Origin: an uncultured Chloroflexia bacterium
GTDB lineage: Bacteria > Chloroflexota > Limnocylindria > Limnocylindrales > CSP1-4
Assembly (NCBI GenBank): GCA_963762445.1
Contig: CAVXLA010000007.1
Span: 735 to 64,734, forward strand
DNA: 64,000 nt
Reading direction: 5' to 3'
Shown: in pieces, positions 60,237 to 64,000 of the stretch
How the letters are laid out: every line of letters begins with the position of its first letter
Position numbering within the stretch: position 1 is the stretch's first letter
Position numbers and translations under genes: made by a program
Notes under the pieces: model-generated
What the model was told of the DNA's origin: nothing
Database searches by the model: none
What the model saw: only the letters and a program-made list of their open reading frames with translations

Positions 60237-60935
60237 TCAGGCCGGTCCCAGCGCAGCGACCTCGCGGGCGCGCGCGATGACCGCGTCCAGCATCTCGGCC
60301 GTCAGCCGTCCGGTGAACGTGTTCTGCTGGCTCGGGTGGTAGGTGCCGAGGAGCGTGTACGGGCCGGCCGGCGCCTCGGCGCCGTGGGCGAACCGTGGCA
60401 GGGGGCGAGGGATGGGGCCAACGGCGGCCTCGACCGCTCGCAGGGCCGTCTCCCAGGCGAAGGCACCGAGGGCGACGATGACGCGCAGCCCGCCCAGCAG
60501 CGCCAGCTCGCGCTGGAGGAAGGGCGCGCAGCGATCGCGCTCGTCGGGAAGGGGCCGATTGGCGGGCGGGGCGCAGCGGACGGCGGCCGCGACGTAGGCG
60601 GCGTGGAGCCTCAGCCCGTCGTCGACGTGTGCCGAGGTCGGCCGGTTCGCCAGCCCGACACGGTGGAGCGCCGCGAACAGGAAGTCGCCGCTGCGGTCGC
60701 CGGTGAAGACCCGCCCGGTCCGATTGCCGCCGTCCTTCGCCGGGGCGAGGCCGAGGAGCAGGATCCGCGCTGCCGGATCGCCGAAGCCGGGAACCGGGCG
60801 GGCGTGGTACGCCTCGCCCCGGAAGCGGGCCGGCGGGTTGGCCGCCGCCGCCTCGCGCCACGCGACGAGGCGCGGGCAGGCGCGGCAGGCCACGATCTCG
60901 TCGCTGAGCGATGCGAGGGCCGAGGGTTCACCCAT
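60237..60935 (-). CDS. Uracil-DNA glycosylase family 5 (UdgB-like)
   Basis: [36 protein letters not shown]. Confidence 0.9.
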   Translation of the reverse strand: MGEPSALASLSDEIVACRACPRLVAWREAAAANPPARFRGEAYHARPVPGFGDPAARILLLGLAPAKDGGNRTGRVFTGDRSGDFLFAALHRVGLANRPTSAHVDDGLRLHAAYVAAAVRCAPPANRPLPDERDRCAPFLQRELALLGGLRVIVALGAFAWETALRAVEAAVGPIPRPLPRFAHGAEAPAGPYTLLGTYHPSQQNTFTGRLTAEMLDAVIARAREVAALGPA

Positions 60936-61114
60936 GCTGCCAGCGTAGTCGGCCCCGGCCCGGGCCGCCCGCCGCCCTCACCGCGCTCGGGGTTCCGCGA
61001 CCCCTCCGCTATACTCGCCTCACGTGCGCGGGCGATGGCGTGACCCGTGCGGGCATGACCCCGCGGCCGGTCGCGCCCAGCAACCCGCCCGAAGGAACCA
61101 GGGACCCACCACAC

Positions 61115-62002
61115 ATGACCGTCGAGACCTCCACCTGGGCGACGAAGAAGGGGCTCGCCCAGATGCTCAAGGGCGGCGTCATCATGGACGTCGTCACGCC
61201 CGACCAGGCGAAGATCGCCGAGGATGCCGGCGCCGTGGCCGTCATGGCCCTGGAGCGCGTCCCGGCCGACATCCGCGCGACCGGCGGGGTGGCCCGGATG
61301 AGCGATCCGTCGATGATCGAAGGGATCATGGCGGCCGTCAGCATCCCGGTCATGGCCAAGGCCCGCATCGGCCACTTCGTCGAGGCCCAGATCCTCGAGG
61401 CGCTCGGGGTCGACTACATCGACGAGTCCGAGGTCCTCACGCCCGCCGACGAAGAGAACCACATCGACAAGCACGCCTTCAAGGTCCCGTTCGTGTGCGG
61501 CTGCCGCGATCTCGGGGAGGGCCTCCGGCGGATCGCCGAGGGCGCCGCGATGATCCGCACGAAGGGCGAGGCCGGCACCGGCAACATCGTGGAGGCGGTC
61601 CGCCACATCCGGACCGTCAACCGCGAGATCCGGCGCCTCTCCTCCATGCGCGAGGACGAGCTGTTCGTCGCGGCCAAGGAGCTGCGGGCCCCGGTCGAGC
61701 TCGTTCGCGAGGTGGCGCGCGAAGGCAGGCTGCCGGTGGTCAACTTCGTGGCCGGTGGCATCGCCACCCCGGCGGACGCCGCGCTCGCGATGCAGCTCGG
61801 CGCCGACGGCGTCTTCGTCGGCTCCGGCATCTTCAAGAGCGAGGACCCGGCGCGGACGGCGAACGCGATCGTCCAGGCGACGACCCACTACGACAACCCC
61901 AAGATCCTGGCCGAGGTCAGCAAGGGCCTGGGCGCCCCGATGCGCGGCATCGCCCTCGAGACGATCCCCGAGGGCGAGCGCCTCGCGGTGCGGGGCTGGT
62001 AG
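61115..62002 (+). CDS. pdxS: Pyridoxal 5'-phosphate synthase lyase subunit
   Basis: [37 protein letters not shown]. Confidence 0.97.
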   Translation: MTVETSTWATKKGLAQMLKGGVIMDVVTPDQAKIAEDAGAVAVMALERVPADIRATGGVARMSDPSMIEGIMAAVSIPVMAKARIGHFVEAQILEALGVDYIDESEVLTPADEENHIDKHAFKVPFVCGCRDLGEGLRRIAEGAAMIRTKGEAGTGNIVEAVRHIRTVNREIRRLSSMREDELFVAAKELRAPVELVREVAREGRLPVVNFVAGGIATPADAALAMQLGADGVFVGSGIFKSEDPARTANAIVQATTHYDNPKILAEVSKGLGAPMRGIALETIPEGERLAVRGW

Positions 62003-62039
62003 CGACGACCCGGCGCGCGGGGCGCGCAGGAGCTGCCCG

Positions 62040-62678
62040 GTGAGGATCGGCGTGCTGGCGCTGCAGGGCGCCTTCCGCGAGCACGTGGCCACGCTCGCCG
62101 CCATCGGCGTCGAGGGCGTCGAGGTGCGCCTGCCGGAGGACCTGGCGGGCGTGCAGGGGCTGATCCTTCCCGGCGGCGAGAGCACAACGATGCGCCGCCT
62201 CATCCGGCGCTGGGGTCTGGCCGAGCCGATCCTCGATCTCGCTCGCTCGGGCGCGCCGATCTTCGGGACCTGCGCCGGCATGATCGTCCTCTCCACGGCC
62301 ATCACCGGCGGCGAGGAGCCGATCCTGCCGCTCCTCGACGTGGTCGTGGAGCGCAACGCCTTCGGCCGCCAGCTCGAGTCGTTCGAGACGGACCTCGACG
62401 TGCCGGTCCTCGGCGAGCGCCCGGTGCACGCTGTCTTCATCCGGGCCCCGGTCATCGAGGAGGTCGGTCCCGAGGTTGTCGTGCTGGCGCGCCTGGACGA
62501 TGGCCGGATCGTGGCGGTGCGCGAGGGCAACGTCATCGCGACCGCGTTCCACCCTGAGCTCGCCGGGGAGACCCGCTTCCACCGGCTGCTGGCGACGATG
62601 GCCGCCGAGCACGCCGACCCCGGCGAGGGCGCCGGCCGCCGCCCCCACCCGCTCCGCCGCGCGAGGACGGGCACGTGA
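62040..62678 (+). CDS. pdxT: PLP synthase glutaminase subunit
   Basis: GVLALQG, PGGEST, GTCAG, FHPEL. Confidence 0.96.
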   Translation: MRIGVLALQGAFREHVATLAAIGVEGVEVRLPEDLAGVQGLILPGGESTTMRRLIRRWGLAEPILDLARSGAPIFGTCAGMIVLSTAITGGEEPILPLLDVVVERNAFGRQLESFETDLDVPVLGERPVHAVFIRAPVIEEVGPEVVVLARLDDGRIVAVREGNVIATAFHPELAGETRFHRLLATMAAEHADPGEGAGRRPHPLRRARTGT

Positions 62679-62700
62679 CCGGCCGCGCGAGGACCGCCAC

Positions 62701-63768
62701 GTGACCGGCCGGTCGGGCCCTTCGCCGATCCGGGCGGGCAAGGTCCGCGCCGCCCGGCTGACCGACCTGTCCGCACTCGGCGAGCTGTCGCGCCTCGCCC
62801 AGGCCGAAGGCTCGGGTGCCCGCTCGCTGGGCCTGCCGCTCGCCGGCCCGCCGATCGGCGTCTTCACGCTCTTCCGCCTGCCGCTGGGCGCCTTCCGTCC
62901 GCACGACCTCCTCTACGTCCACGAGCAGGACCGCCACCTGGCCGGCCTGTTGCGCGTCGAGCGCGACGGCCAGCGCGACGAGTGGACGATCGTGGAGCTC
63001 GACGCCATCGGCCACGGCGAGGCCGGCGATATCCGCTACCGCCTGGTCCAGGCCTGCCTCCGCGACGTCGCGAAGCGCGGCGCCACCCGCTTCCACGTCG
63101 CCTGCGCCGACGTGGACGGCAACGTGGAGCTCTTCATGCAGGCCGGCTTCGCCCGCTACGGCAACGAGCTCATCTGCTTCCGTGGTGCCGAGCGCCCCCT
63201 CCCGGCGCCGCTCGCGGACGAGGAGGTCGGCCGCCTCGGCATCCGTCCCGTCGGCCCGACGGACGCGGTGGCCCTCTTCCGCCTCTACTGCGCGGTCACG
63301 CCCGCCCCCGTCCAGCGCCTGGAGATGAGCCGGATCGCCGACTGGGAGCTCCACGGCAGCGACTCGCTGATGCCGCGCTCCAGCCTGACCCCGATCCTCC
63401 GCTTCGCGGACGTGGAGTCGTTCCTCCAGGAGGCCCCGGAGGGCACGGCCGACCCGACGGCTGCCACCGGCTTCGTGCAGGTCGGCGTGGCGAAAGAAGA
63501 CCAGCCCCACTACCTGCGGGTCCTCGTCCGCCCGGGCGCCGACGCGGCGCCGCTCGTCCGGTTCGGGCTCGGCGTCATTGCCGCTCGTGCCGAGCGCGGC
63601 GACCACCCCCGCGATCACGGTGTCATCGCACCGGTCCGCACCTACGAATCGCCGCTCGAGCACCGGCTCGAGGAGGAGGGGTTCGAGACCATCGCCACCG
63701 TCACGCTCCTGATGAAAGAGACGCTCGTCCGCGTCGCCGAGCCGGCCCTGGTGCCGGCCGTCCGCTGA
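62701..63768 (+). CDS. Hypothetical tandem GNAT-like protein
   Basis: VRAARLTDL, ELFMQAGF, IRPVGPTD, LEEEGF. Confidence 0.6.
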   Translation: MTGRSGPSPIRAGKVRAARLTDLSALGELSRLAQAEGSGARSLGLPLAGPPIGVFTLFRLPLGAFRPHDLLYVHEQDRHLAGLLRVERDGQRDEWTIVELDAIGHGEAGDIRYRLVQACLRDVAKRGATRFHVACADVDGNVELFMQAGFARYGNELICFRGAERPLPAPLADEEVGRLGIRPVGPTDAVALFRLYCAVTPAPVQRLEMSRIADWELHGSDSLMPRSSLTPILRFADVESFLQEAPEGTADPTAATGFVQVGVAKEDQPHYLRVLVRPGADAAPLVRFGLGVIAARAERGDHPRDHGVIAPVRTYESPLEHRLEEEGFETIATVTLLMKETLVRVAEPALVPAVR

Positions 63769-63779
63769 GGGGATCGCCC

Positions 63780-64000
63780 GTGGCCAACCGCCTGTTCCGC
63801 GAATTGATCGATGACCTCGATGCCCTCCTGGCCGCGCTGCCGGCGGAGATCGTCGCGGCGATCCGCGAGCTGCCCGAGCAGTCCGCCCTGATCGAGGTCG
63901 TCATGGACCTGGGCCGCCGGCCCGAGGCGCGCTTCCCGGAGAGCGAGGTGACCCTCCTCGACCGCGAGGTCACCGAGGCGGACATCGCCCACGTCGTGGA
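63780..64000 (+). CDS. Ycf45/SpoIIIAA-like AAA ATPase, N-terminus (runs off window edge)
   Basis: DDLDALLAALP...LIEVVMDLGRRPEARF. Confidence 0.75.
   Translation, partial: MANRLFRELIDDLDALLAALPAEIVAAIRELPEQSALIEVVMDLGRRPEARFPESEVTLLDREVTEADIAHVV

Noticed and set aside
61030-61110. Fluoride riboswitch-like GGCGATGG upstream of pdxS
   Set aside because: The rest of the consensus is absent; GC-rich pairing is expected by chance

Overview
Very GC-rich bacterial chromosomal window. The gene repertoire and leaderless promoters suggest Chloroflexota or a related Terrabacteria lineage (inference only). Several genes carry isolated frameshifts typical of a long-read or MAG consensus. Left part (1-15.8 kb): small stress/accessory genes (GYD, OsmC, DinB, ArsR-SRPBCC, VOC, flavodoxin, GNAT), a secreted S8 protease, an AbrB-VapC pair, and scars of a segmental duplication with reciprocal gene loss. 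15.8-26.5 kb: an integrase-less defence island at the 3' end of tRNA-Thr(CGT), with a Fic protein, an 80-bp tandem repeat, a type I R-M operon (hsdM-hsdS-hsdR) interrupted by an RHH-VapC module flanked by a duplicated hsdR 5' end, and a DUF6036-like nucleotidyltransferase/wHTH pair. 26.7-36.3 kb: a cyclase-STAND-helical repeat protein, a PadR operon with two paralogous membrane proteins around a Cu/Zn SOD, a third VapBC, a probable 6S-like RNA and a MITE-like element. 36.4-64 kb: mostly housekeeping genes (class V aminotransferase, PrsW, ABC transporter, two-component system, endonuclease III, a glucosylglycerate cluster with a USP-GpgS fusion, a ligase-like protein lacking its catalytic residues, galE, CCA enzyme, HNH, VKOR, hemerythrin-PadR-hemerythrin, UDG, pdxST). 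All calls come from reading motifs by eye; no database searches were run.
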